Shown piece by piece: positions 56,565-64,000 of a stretch of DNA of 64,000 nucleotides. Source of the stretch: a virus (lineage: Duplodnaviria; Caudoviricetes); the IMG/VR virus record IMGVR_UViG_3300002220_000740, positions 28,246 to 92,245 of that record; one strand, 5' to 3'. Every line of letters begins with the position of its first letter. The first letter of the stretch is position 1. Under the pieces are notes generated by a model, which ran no database searches, was not told the DNA's origin, and worked only from the letters and a program-made list of their open reading frames with translations. Both the position numbers and the translations under genes were made by a program.

Positions 56565-58931
56565 CTATTTCTTCGCAGCAGGCTTTTTGGCAGCTGCTTT
56601 TTTGATGATTTTGTCCGCAGCAATCTTCTTTTCAGCTACATCCAACTTGCGGTTTTCTATCTTCTCCTTGGAGGAAAGTTCCTTCATGCGCATGTCTATT
56701 TCAGCCAGGCGTGAGGCACGCTTCTCAGCCAGTTCACCGGTGTTCTTCTCACGGTCCACACTGATGCGTTCGGTTTCGATCGAGTCTGTGGTGCCGTCGT
56801 TATCAGCATCATTGTCCCCGTAGAGCTTACCGTTGATATTGAGCAATGCAATTTTCTCCTTGCTCAGGCGGTCAAGTTCGTTCTGCTCGGCTTCGAATGC
56901 CTGTGCGGCTTCCTGTTCCTGTGCTTTAGCCTGGAGCATCATCTGCTGGGCTTCCTGTTCGGCAGCCATCTGCTGCTGTTCAAGTGCATCGGCAGCTGCA
57001 TCAACCTCGGCAAGCTTGAGCTTAATTTTCGAGAAGTTCTTGCTGTCCAGGATCTCGGCTATTGTAGAAGGCTTAGCCTTGTTCTGAGCGAACTCCAGGG
57101 CAAGAGATTTAAGTGCCTGCAGTTTATCCTGCTCTTCACCACTCTTGGTTACAAACACACCGTAGTCGGCGTTGCAGTAAACCTCGGGATTGATTTGCAA
57201 AAATGCCTGGCGGAAATCGCTGGTAGTGTATGAAGACTTCTTCCCATCAGCCCAGGCAATCTGGGAGATATCAACAAGACCCTGGAGGTCACGTTGCTCG
57301 ACGGTCTCGAACTTACGGAATAGATCCTCGGTCATTACCGTAGACTGGTACACCGCACGCTCGCTGGTGCCCTGACCATCGGAAGCCATGATGTTGCCTT
57401 TCCTCTGGCGCGAGATACCCATCATCTCTTCCCACTCGCCCTTGATGGCGGCAAGCAGCTCGAACTGAGCAGAGATGTATTGTCCCAGGGACATATCCAG
57501 AACCTGGAACTGGTTGAAAGCTACCCTCTCTTTATCCTTACCCTCAGCAGTTGAATCAATAAAAGCAAAGCCATTAGCGTCAGCATGATACATGAATTTT
57601 TCCTCATCCCAGCCGTGGCGCTTTGGTATCGTGTTGATCTCTATGAGGGCGATCTTATCTTTATTCTTGGCTATAGACAGTTCAAGCCGATAATGGAAAA
57701 TGTTGTAAAGCATCTGATAGGGCATCCCCAGGGAGACTACCGATACCGGATCTGAGTTCCTGTCAGAATAGATCCGCCCGTTGTAGGGGAGCTTGCACAG
57801 CGAAGGATTGTTCATTCGGTTGCGCTGCTCGGCTATGGGTTTGATGCCCAGGTAAATGTCCTTGTCTACACGGTAGCCTTCCCAGACCTCGTTGATCCAG
57901 AACCACTCGATCCACTCGCCGGCGGCGTGATCCACCTTGTAGATCTCCGATACGCGAGCTTCTTCATCGGTCCCTGTCACAGGGTCCTTGTAATGCAGGA
58001 TACCTTCCTTGCGGAAAGATTTCCATACACCGTGATAAACATCTATGAGCTCACCCGGGAGAGCATTAATCCCCGGTCGGTTAAGGGTGAACCCGTCTTT
58101 GGTGCCGGCATAAAAGCCGCTACCCGGGCTCTCAAGGTAATCTATTTGAGCAGGAGTGAGTTCATCATAGAACTTATCAACAATATCATTTACACTCATC
58201 TGTGCGCTACGCACACATGAGGGAAGATCTTCAATAAACCGGACGTTGGGGACGATCGGGTAGGAGAGGTCCATCGGGTTAACTATCTCATAGGATGGCT
58301 CCTCATGATCAATGCACTTATAAGTACACACCGTCCCCGTTACCAGCCAGTCAAAAAAGCCGGTCATCAAATGATCTGGAATCTCCAGGGCGGACATCAT
58401 GTAATCCAGGGCTTCACCGCCCATGATTGCACGCTGATCACGGTAGTTCTTGGCTACCTCAGCCTGTACCTCAGCAGGATCCTGCGTCTCCTCGCTGGGG
58501 ATACCCGTGGGAAGCCCGGCTTCGTTGACGGCATTGATGAACTGCTGCTGAAGGGTCTTCATCACAGCAGCCTGCTCAGCCTCTTCACGGCGTGTGACGG
58601 CATCGGCATTCTTTACAATGACCTGGTAGTTAAGGGGACGCTTGGTCTTTTCTCCCAGCAGGAGATCGACAACCGGTCGGATAATATTGTAGCTCCGCAG
58701 TCGTGCGGGCATCTTGTATGTCTTATTCCCTGCCTTGTAGGGATCGGTCACGTATTTGTATTCGACAGGATTGATCACTCCGTTATACCCGTCGTAATAA
58801 CTCTTGTACTTGGTATACTCCGTTGTGGTGGTGAACGACGCATTAATAATAGCATCGAGGGATTGCTCCCCCCACACCTTATCTTTGGCGCCCTGCGCAA
58901 CCTTCTGCTTCGGGAAATTAGGAATGCTCAT
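56565..58931 (-). CDS. portal protein
   Basis: YNIIRPVVDLLLGE, WINEVWEG, KLPYNG, GISRQRKG; directly after TerL. Confidence 0.9.
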   Translation of the reverse strand: MSIPNFPKQKVAQGAKDKVWGEQSLDAIINASFTTTTEYTKYKSYYDGYNGVINPVEYKYVTDPYKAGNKTYKMPARLRSYNIIRPVVDLLLGEKTKRPLNYQVIVKNADAVTRREEAEQAAVMKTLQQQFINAVNEAGLPTGIPSEETQDPAEVQAEVAKNYRDQRAIMGGEALDYMMSALEIPDHLMTGFFDWLVTGTVCTYKCIDHEEPSYEIVNPMDLSYPIVPNVRFIEDLPSCVRSAQMSVNDIVDKFYDELTPAQIDYLESPGSGFYAGTKDGFTLNRPGINALPGELIDVYHGVWKSFRKEGILHYKDPVTGTDEEARVSEIYKVDHAAGEWIEWFWINEVWEGYRVDKDIYLGIKPIAEQRNRMNNPSLCKLPYNGRIYSDRNSDPVSVVSLGMPYQMLYNIFHYRLELSIAKNKDKIALIEINTIPKRHGWDEEKFMYHADANGFAFIDSTAEGKDKERVAFNQFQVLDMSLGQYISAQFELLAAIKGEWEEMMGISRQRKGNIMASDGQGTSERAVYQSTVMTEDLFRKFETVEQRDLQGLVDISQIAWADGKKSSYTTSDFRQAFLQINPEVYCNADYGVFVTKSGEEQDKLQALKSLALEFAQNKAKPSTIAEILDSKNFSKIKLKLAEVDAAADALEQQQMAAEQEAQQMMLQAKAQEQEAAQAFEAEQNELDRLSKEKIALLNINGKLYGDNDADNDGTTDSIETERISVDREKNTGELAEKRASRLAEIDMRMKELSSKEKIENRKLDVAEKKIAADKIIKKAAAKKPAAKK

Positions 58932-58998
58932 AACCCCAAATTAAGTCTCGCGCGCGCGTTGTAATGTGAACTGTTTTCATCCTTATAGTATAGCCTAT

Positions 58999-61044
58999 TC
59001 AAAAGAAGTCTCTGTCCCAGAAGCTGCTGGTCGACTCCTCGACCGCCTCGGTAACCTCCTTGTTATATAAATCCTTCATATGGTACATCCCCACGATCAT
59101 AGAAGAAACCCTATCGTAATTGCCGTTACCGTAACGGATGAGCTCATCAAGAAGCTGTAAGTCGTAGATATAGTGAAGGTTCATTTTTATCTTACCCTCT
59201 TCATCCTCACTCCGCTTGGTTGTGAGCCAGTCACGCAGGTAGATCTCGCCCTGTCCTTTACGCTCTTTGTTCGAGATACTCATCCCGTAGGTACGCCCGA
59301 GCTTGCGTATGTTGATGTTCTCCCGCTTGTCAATAATCTCCACCTCTTCGAGCAGCATGCGAAGTTTCTTCTTGCGCTTGGCAAACTCGATGATGTTACC
59401 CCGGTCGTTCTCAAAGCCTATTCTCGCGCCATAATACTCGGCAAGCAGGAACAGTGTTTCGTTGTATTCGTCCTGGGTCCCGGGGCGTCCCACCCAGGAA
59501 GCGACGATCATATCGTCAGGCTTGGACCACTGGTTCACACGCTTGATCACGTACGCCGCTCCCAGCGACTGCCCTGCTCCCTCGTCCTGTGCGTAAGGGT
59601 CACAGACCACAACATACAGGTTAGTGGGAATACTGCCATCCGCAGCATAATAAGGGGGCTGGTAAATGGTTACACAACCGTGGACATCGTCTCCCTTTTC
59701 ATGGGGGAACTTCGCCACCGGGCGTGCTTTGTCCGAAGGCTTAAAGATTACCTTGCCTTCGACGCCGTCGCCCAGGAAACCATGTACACCCAGGTTCTTA
59801 TAAAGTCCGTGGGTAAAGACATGGTTACGCCACTCGGAAATAGCGACCGTCGGGAAAATGTTACCGCTGGTACGCAGGAAAGCCTCTCGCGGATTAAATG
59901 GACGCTCAGTGACGTATTTGTCCAATATTGCCGGAGATTTGGCAGTGCGTCTGATGTTCTCGCGCTTGGCTTCTTCATATTCTTTTGCAGCTTCTATGTT
60001 TGAGTTCCCATTGGAGTCTATGAATCCCTTTTTATTCTGGTAGTCGGGGAAGAAGAATCCGCAATGCGTACCGCGGGCATTGTCATCCCACACGTTCTCA
60101 ATGGGGTAGAGATTATACGGCTCGGGGTTATAGAACATCGACTCGAAGTCAATTGTTCCCCCTTCCATGTCACCACCGGTGCCATAGAGGATGATCTGCC
60201 CGGTAATCAGGGCGCCGTCCTCGACGGTTGCCTGGGTTGCAAGATATGCAGCCTTCAGGTTGTTGAACGCCCCGCACTCTTCCAACAGGATCAGCGATGC
60301 ATCCTTACCACGGGCAGCATCGGGGTTGTCGGCAAAGGTGGTGGCTATGATCTGTGAGCGGTAGCCCTTCTCGACGTAGATCCCGTTGATCTGCTCCAGG
60401 TACGAAGCCTTAACGTGCTCCATACGGTTGGTCACACCCCGGCGCTTTGTCCAGGCGGTGTGCTCATTCATGAAGTTCAGATTGTCCACGATCATCGACA
60501 TGGTCCCGTTGGGGTACAGGTACTTTTTATCAAAAGCACCCACCAACGTGATCGAGTCACGGATCGTGTTATACTTATTTGCGGCTTTCGCCGCATTCTT
60601 GTAGGAGAATCCCTTTCTACGCGCCTTGCCGCAGATCACATGATGACCTCCGTCCAGCCACATTGGCTGCTGGTCAAGAGCCAGTTCCAGGAGAAGCTCC
60701 TCGGAGATCCCCTTCTCGGCGATGTCAATATGCCAGTAGTAGTCGTAGTCCCCGTCCCAGAAGTCCGGGAAGGTCACGGTCTTAATCTTGAACCGTGTTC
60801 GCTTTTTGGTTACCCCCTTGATCTCATCAACATCCTCGGTGAGTTTGATTTGGTTGAAGTTCAGGTAATGGTAATGGTCTCCGGTAATGCGCTTTCCTCC
60901 CGAAGAGTATCCCTCGCTACAGCGCCTGGACTGCTCGGTCCAGTACTCCATGAATCCCATGGACCCTGGCGGGTCGTCACAGTAGCGTCCGTACTTGAGG
61001 AAGGTTCTTGACTCCTCGCGGAACATTTCGGAGTTTACCCACAT
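58999..61044 (-). CDS. terL: terminase large subunit
   Basis: KARRKGFS Walker A, LLEECG Walker B, YGTGG, CDPY, FENDRG, NYDRVS nuclease motifs; no intron or intein seen. Confidence 0.94.
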   Translation of the reverse strand: MWVNSEMFREESRTFLKYGRYCDDPPGSMGFMEYWTEQSRRCSEGYSSGGKRITGDHYHYLNFNQIKLTEDVDEIKGVTKKRTRFKIKTVTFPDFWDGDYDYYWHIDIAEKGISEELLLELALDQQPMWLDGGHHVICGKARRKGFSYKNAAKAANKYNTIRDSITLVGAFDKKYLYPNGTMSMIVDNLNFMNEHTAWTKRRGVTNRMEHVKASYLEQINGIYVEKGYRSQIIATTFADNPDAARGKDASLILLEECGAFNNLKAAYLATQATVEDGALITGQIILYGTGGDMEGGTIDFESMFYNPEPYNLYPIENVWDDNARGTHCGFFFPDYQNKKGFIDSNGNSNIEAAKEYEEAKRENIRRTAKSPAILDKYVTERPFNPREAFLRTSGNIFPTVAISEWRNHVFTHGLYKNLGVHGFLGDGVEGKVIFKPSDKARPVAKFPHEKGDDVHGCVTIYQPPYYAADGSIPTNLYVVVCDPYAQDEGAGQSLGAAYVIKRVNQWSKPDDMIVASWVGRPGTQDEYNETLFLLAEYYGARIGFENDRGNIIEFAKRKKKLRMLLEEVEIIDKRENINIRKLGRTYGMSISNKERKGQGEIYLRDWLTTKRSEDEEGKIKMNLHYIYDLQLLDELIRYGNGNYDRVSSMIVGMYHMKDLYNKEVTEAVEESTSSFWDRDFF

Positions 61045-61142
61045 CAGATCTTGGTTCTACTACCGGAAAAAACAGCATCCTCAAGGCTGGTAAGGAATGA
61101 CTTGCGGTATTCCTCTTCCTGCAGCTCGATCCAGGATTTCAT
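61044..61142 (-). CDS. 32-aa ORF translationally coupled on both sides
   Basis: MKSWIELQEEEYRKSFLTSLEDAVFSGSRTKI; ATGA overlap upstream and TGATG overlap with terL. Confidence 0.5.
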   Translation of the reverse strand: MKSWIELQEEEYRKSFLTSLEDAVFSGSRTKI

Positions 61143-62104
61143 AACTCGATGACTTTTCTCCTCTGACTCTCGGGTGAGTGTAGGACCTCGTGGAATTCGT
61201 AGTGTCCGTCTGAGAAGATGTCCACGTAGGCAAAGCCCCAGTGGACCACCTTTGTACACCGCAGGGTGCCGAACTTGGTCATGGCTCCCTGGAGCGCCGG
61301 CAGCACAACGGCTGTGCGGAACCCATCATCTATGCGGATGAACGTATGCGCATGCGAGCGTACCACGATGTCCGCGGTGGGGTTATGCTCCATCTGCGCC
61401 CAGAGATCACTCCAGAGTGCGTCTTTGAGTAAGGGGGTGGCAGCACCATAGGGCGTTGAAGACCCACCCACATGGTGCTTTACATTGAAGATAATGCCAC
61501 CTATGTTAAGAAGGTTCTCGGCATTGAGGATCGCCCCGGTCTGCTGGGCGATGTTGTACTCGAAGGCTTCCCCGTCGCCGGCATGGTACGGGGTGCCGTA
61601 GGAGATCACGTTGACGTTGGCTCCGACGGTATCCATCACTTTAACAGCCATGTCCACCTGGATATTCCGGTCGGTGGTGATAAGTTCGGTTCCCTTGCTC
61701 TTTTTACCATCCCCGTCAATGAGGTCACCGTTGAAGATGGCGTGAGTGAAAGGTTTCAGGCTGTCAATGGTGTTTATAAAGAAATTCCAGGTCTCCCTCT
61801 GGAACTCAGCAAAGGTCTTGTCTGCCACCGAGTCCAGGGGAAGCTGATATCCCTGTGGGGTTAGACCGGCTTTGTGACCGCAGTGAAAATCTCCGGCAAG
61901 CAGAACCCTGTATTTGGGACGCTCGCGGAGAGCTTCACGCATTGCCTGCTCGTTGTAAAGAGCAAAACTTATCAGTGTTGCTTCCCTGGAAGACAACTTA
62001 AGGTCCCGGATTATCTGAGGTTTTGTCAGTTCTGGGTGCATCCGCCTGTAGGCGAATATTTTAGCCAACTCAATAGGCGAGTATTTCTTTGGTACAGAAG
62101 CCAT
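61139..62104 (-). CDS. calcineurin-like metallophosphoesterase with an N-terminal HTH-like segment
   Basis: GDFHCG, NGDLIDG, GTPYH, KHH, SHAH. Confidence 0.85.
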   Translation of the reverse strand: MASVPKKYSPIELAKIFAYRRMHPELTKPQIIRDLKLSSREATLISFALYNEQAMREALRERPKYRVLLAGDFHCGHKAGLTPQGYQLPLDSVADKTFAEFQRETWNFFINTIDSLKPFTHAIFNGDLIDGDGKKSKGTELITTDRNIQVDMAVKVMDTVGANVNVISYGTPYHAGDGEAFEYNIAQQTGAILNAENLLNIGGIIFNVKHHVGGSSTPYGAATPLLKDALWSDLWAQMEHNPTADIVVRSHAHTFIRIDDGFRTAVVLPALQGAMTKFGTLRCTKVVHWGFAYVDIFSDGHYEFHEVLHSPESQRRKVIEL

Positions 62105-62106
62105 GG

Positions 62107-62703
62107 TTAGTTTTCAAATGCGTTAATATCTCCACCGCCACGGATCTTACGTCCGTTACTTTGCTCCGTCTTGACTTTCTCTTCCAGGTCCTCAAGTGTA
62201 CCTATAGCCTTTGGCAGCTTATCGGCAAGTACGAGGAGACTGGAAACGGATTGAACTATCTGATTAATTTCTTCAATATCAGAGTCTCCCCCGTCGGTTT
62301 CGGAAGGAGTATTAAACTTTATCAGGCGATCCTCAATGCGGGACCGCAGTGTTTCTATGACCTTGGTTGATGTCATCAGCGACTCACGGATTGCGATCAA
62401 GGTGCTGATCGAAGGGGTGCGCTGCAGCTCGTCGTACTTGCGTTCAGCGTCCATGACAGCCTTATCGGGCGTCCAGTCCGGGGAGAACCCCAGCTCGCGT
62501 TTGACCCTCTGGATGCGTTCATCCTTGGGGTAGATGACATATGGGGACTTGTAATCGGTGACAAAGTAGATGTATGCCAGCTCCTGGAACGAGCGTTTTT
62601 TATCCGGGGTCTTATCGCGCCGGATCAGAATGGCAAACTCCGGGATCATCTTGATCTCCGGAGCTATTATTATTTGGTGATTTTCTTCTGCGAAGACTCC
62701 CAT
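62107..62703 (-). CDS. conserved protein upstream of terL (putative terminase small subunit)
   Basis: ELAYIYFVTDYKSPY, helical, C-terminal KIRGGG; position in the packaging block. Confidence 0.55.
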   Translation of the reverse strand: MGVFAEENHQIIIAPEIKMIPEFAILIRRDKTPDKKRSFQELAYIYFVTDYKSPYVIYPKDERIQRVKRELGFSPDWTPDKAVMDAERKYDELQRTPSISTLIAIRESLMTSTKVIETLRSRIEDRLIKFNTPSETDGGDSDIEEINQIVQSVSSLLVLADKLPKAIGTLEDLEEKVKTEQSNGRKIRGGGDINAFEN

Positions 62704-62951
62704 ACCTTGGATTGTTTTTCGAGCCGGCGGTTAGCCATAGACTCATTGAGCTTCTTGAGCCTCCCGGGCTTGACCAGGAACTTGCCCAGGTAGGGCAGGC
62801 TGATGGCTTCAAACCCGCTGTGCTCAATTATGTGGGTGGCATACTTGCTCTGTGTACGCACGATGGACATCACTTCTTCCACCGGGGCGCCTATCTCCTT
62901 GGAGATCTCTCTGCATATCTGCAGTTCGAGGTCGTTCTTATCGTAGCCCAT
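62670..62951 (-). CDS. HU/IHF-like DNA-binding protein
   Basis: EISKEIG...ISLPYLGKFLVKP. Confidence 0.7.
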   Translation of the reverse strand: MGYDKNDLELQICREISKEIGAPVEEVMSIVRTQSKYATHIIEHSGFEAISLPYLGKFLVKPGRLKKLNESMANRRLEKQSKVWESSQKKITK

Positions 62952-63286
62952 TATGCGTCGACGAATTTGAATGCAAGTCCATTGCGGAAGTTCTCAGGAT
63001 CGAGTATCGGGTTGTAGGAGTATATTCCAAACTTGTTCACGTTCATGATGCCCTTGTCCTTAAACTTCTTTATGTAGTTGTTCAAAACCGCAACGTTTTT
63101 CATTTCGCACTTCTGTACGACTATGGCTTTGACTTCGGGGGAGCAGGGCTCCTTTGTGTTCACCGCCAGGAATGTCTCAAGAACCTTAAGTTCTTTGTCG
63201 GATAGTTTCAGGAGTCCGTTCAGGATCTCCAGGTAAGCGTTGATGTAACTGGTACCTTCTTTAATTCGGATGGTTAGTGTCTTCAT
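62951..63286 (-). CDS. winged-helix DNA-binding protein
   Basis: LSDKELKVL...LNNYIKKFKDKGIM...YSYNP. Confidence 0.6.
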   Translation of the reverse strand: MKTLTIRIKEGTSYINAYLEILNGLLKLSDKELKVLETFLAVNTKEPCSPEVKAIVVQKCEMKNVAVLNNYIKKFKDKGIMNVNKFGIYSYNPILDPENFRNGLAFKFVDA

Positions 63287-63560
63287 TATGCTGTTTTACA
63301 TTCTGCACTTTCCGGGCAAGCCGCTTCTTGAGCAGTCGCCGGATATTCTTAAGCTCGTATATGATGTGTTGGTTTTCGGCAGAGTAGCGGGTCTTCTGTA
63401 AATGATAGAAGCGTTCGATAAGCATGTCAATGACTTCCTCGTTGGTCGTGCCGTTACTGTACCCGCTTGGGGCAAGTTTTTCGGTGAACCTGATGAACTG
63501 TGTGCTCTCTCCATTGAAATTCGCAAGCTCGAATTCTGTCCCTTCTTTTATTACTTTCAT
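63261..63560 (-). CDS. Tad1-like (Acb2/Tad1 family) cyclic-nucleotide sponge, divergent
   Basis: IRF....NGTTNEEVIDMLIERFYHLQ....SAEN...L...R...R pattern resembles Tad1. Confidence 0.6.
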   Translation of the reverse strand: MKVIKEGTEFELANFNGESTQFIRFTEKLAPSGYSNGTTNEEVIDMLIERFYHLQKTRYSAENQHIIYELKNIRRLLKKRLARKVQNVKQHNEDTNHPN

Positions 63561-63710
63561 CTTCGCAGTATAAAATGTTGTATAGGGAACGAATATACTT
63601 GCTATTCAAAAATAAGCAGAATAATGTTCTGTTTAACAGGATCTATATAGACTTTTTATATACTGTTGATAAGTATTAGATTTTAAACGGAATAAAACAT
63701 AACTTTGGGT

Positions 63711-63739
63711 AAAGAAAAATGCCCCGAAAAGGGGGGCAT
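63711..63739 (-). terminator. terminator downstream of tRNA-Asp
   Basis: Minus strand ATGCCCC-CCTTTTC-GGGGCAT followed by TTTTCTTT. Confidence 0.75.
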
Positions 63740-63758
63740 CCGTACTTCTTCCGTACTT
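63739..63758. repeat. tandem 9-bp direct repeat (TCCGTACTT x2, 11-bp period)
   Basis: Copies at 63739-63747 and 63750-63758. Confidence 0.7.
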
Positions 63759-63776
63759 GGAACGTTCTTTGTTGTT

Positions 63777-63796
63777 GTAACTGATTGAAAATCAGC
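63777..63796. other. short palindrome immediately 3' of the tRNA (possible recombinase-binding site)
   Basis: GTAA-CTGATT-GAA-AATCAG-C. Confidence 0.5.
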
Positions 63797-63804
63797 AAAC
63801 TCAG

Positions 63805-63879
63805 CGGTGCGGACGGGACTCGAACCCGCGACCCTCGGCGTGACAGGCCGATATTCTAACCAAACTGAACTACCGCACC
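63805..63879 (-). tRNA. trnD: tRNA-Asp (GTC), CCA not encoded
   Basis: GGTGCGG/CCGCACC acceptor stem, D-loop with GG, TCGGC-CTGTCAC-GCCGA anticodon arm, GGTTCGAGTCC T-loop. Confidence 0.97.
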
Positions 63880-63889
63880 AAAAGCGATG

Positions 63890-63919
63890 CAAAATTAATG
63901 CATTTTTCCATTCCTCAAA
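63890..63919 (-). promoter_or_regulatory. Bacteroidota sigma-A promoter of the tRNA (TTTG...TAATTTTG)
   Basis: TTTG at 63916-63919 and TAATTTTG at 63890-63897, 10 nt before the tRNA. Confidence 0.7.
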
Positions 63920-64000
63920 ATAATTTGTTCAAATATATCTGGCATGCCCATGATCCCAACCAATTAGCCTCCGCGGCTGACTTAAAACCTATGATATATA

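Larger units (their letters stand above)
1..63804. mobile_element. crAss-like (Crassvirales-type) bacteriophage genome segment, possibly a prophage
   Basis: Gene order TerL-portal-scaffold-MCP, then ring/IHF-like/muzzle tail genes, then giant virion RNAP cargo genes, converging on a DnaB/primase/rIIA-rIIB replication block; Bacteroidota-type TAnnTTTG promoters; BACON-like domain. Confidence 0.93.

Noticed and set aside
12783-63205. Many + strand ORFs of 60-276 aa opposite the virion genes, and - strand ORFs opposite the replication genes
   Set aside because: They are antisense shadows of long genes with biased codon usage and show no recognisable motifs or initiation context
63600-63710. Replication origin (one TTATCAACA DnaA-like box and a GATCT in an AT-rich stretch)
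   Set aside because: A single imperfect box with no iteron array is insufficient evidence
63683-63892. 69-aa ORF on the - strand
   Set aside because: It overlaps tRNA-Asp and its terminator, so it is spurious
1-64000. Stop-codon reassignment as in some crAss clades
   Set aside because: Genes are full length in code 11, TAG and TGA end genes at sensible positions, and no suppressor tRNA is present

Overview
The window is about 64 kb of a crAss-like (Crassvirales-type) Bacteroidota phage, read in the standard genetic code and arranged as two convergent blocks that meet at a bidirectional terminator (~12.3 kb). The + strand (1-12.3 kb) carries replication/recombination genes: DnaB helicase, Sak4/AAA_24-like ATPase, putative SSB, DnaG-like primase, RusA-like resolvase, rIIA/rIIB, dNMP kinase, a RecE-like exonuclease fused to a DnaA-domain-IV-like HTH, a degenerate UDG and an Lrp/AsnC regulator. 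The - strand (12.3-63.6 kb) is the virion/late block. In transcription order it runs: divergent Tad1-like protein, wHTH, HU-like protein, putative TerS, metallophosphoesterase, TerL, portal, scaffold, major capsid, amidase, ring/auxiliary capsid proteins, an AT-richer fibre/BACON/deacetylase module, C1 peptidase, membrane proteins, tail ring and muzzle proteins, and ejected cargo proteins. The cargo includes a 3987-aa virion RNA polymerase (DFDVD) with zincin motifs and a 1403-aa protein with a PD-(D/E)XK nuclease domain. At the right edge is a host-like tRNA-Asp(GTC) followed by a palindrome and an 11-bp-phased tandem repeat that look like a tyrosine-integrase att junction, so this may be an integrated crAss-like prophage. 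The strongest leads are that junction, the Tad1-like sponge heading the late operon, the repeat-flanked deacetylase cassette, the dead UDG fusion, the DnaA-HTH-exonuclease fusion and the Lrp regulator. All family calls come from motif recognition by eye; no searches were run.
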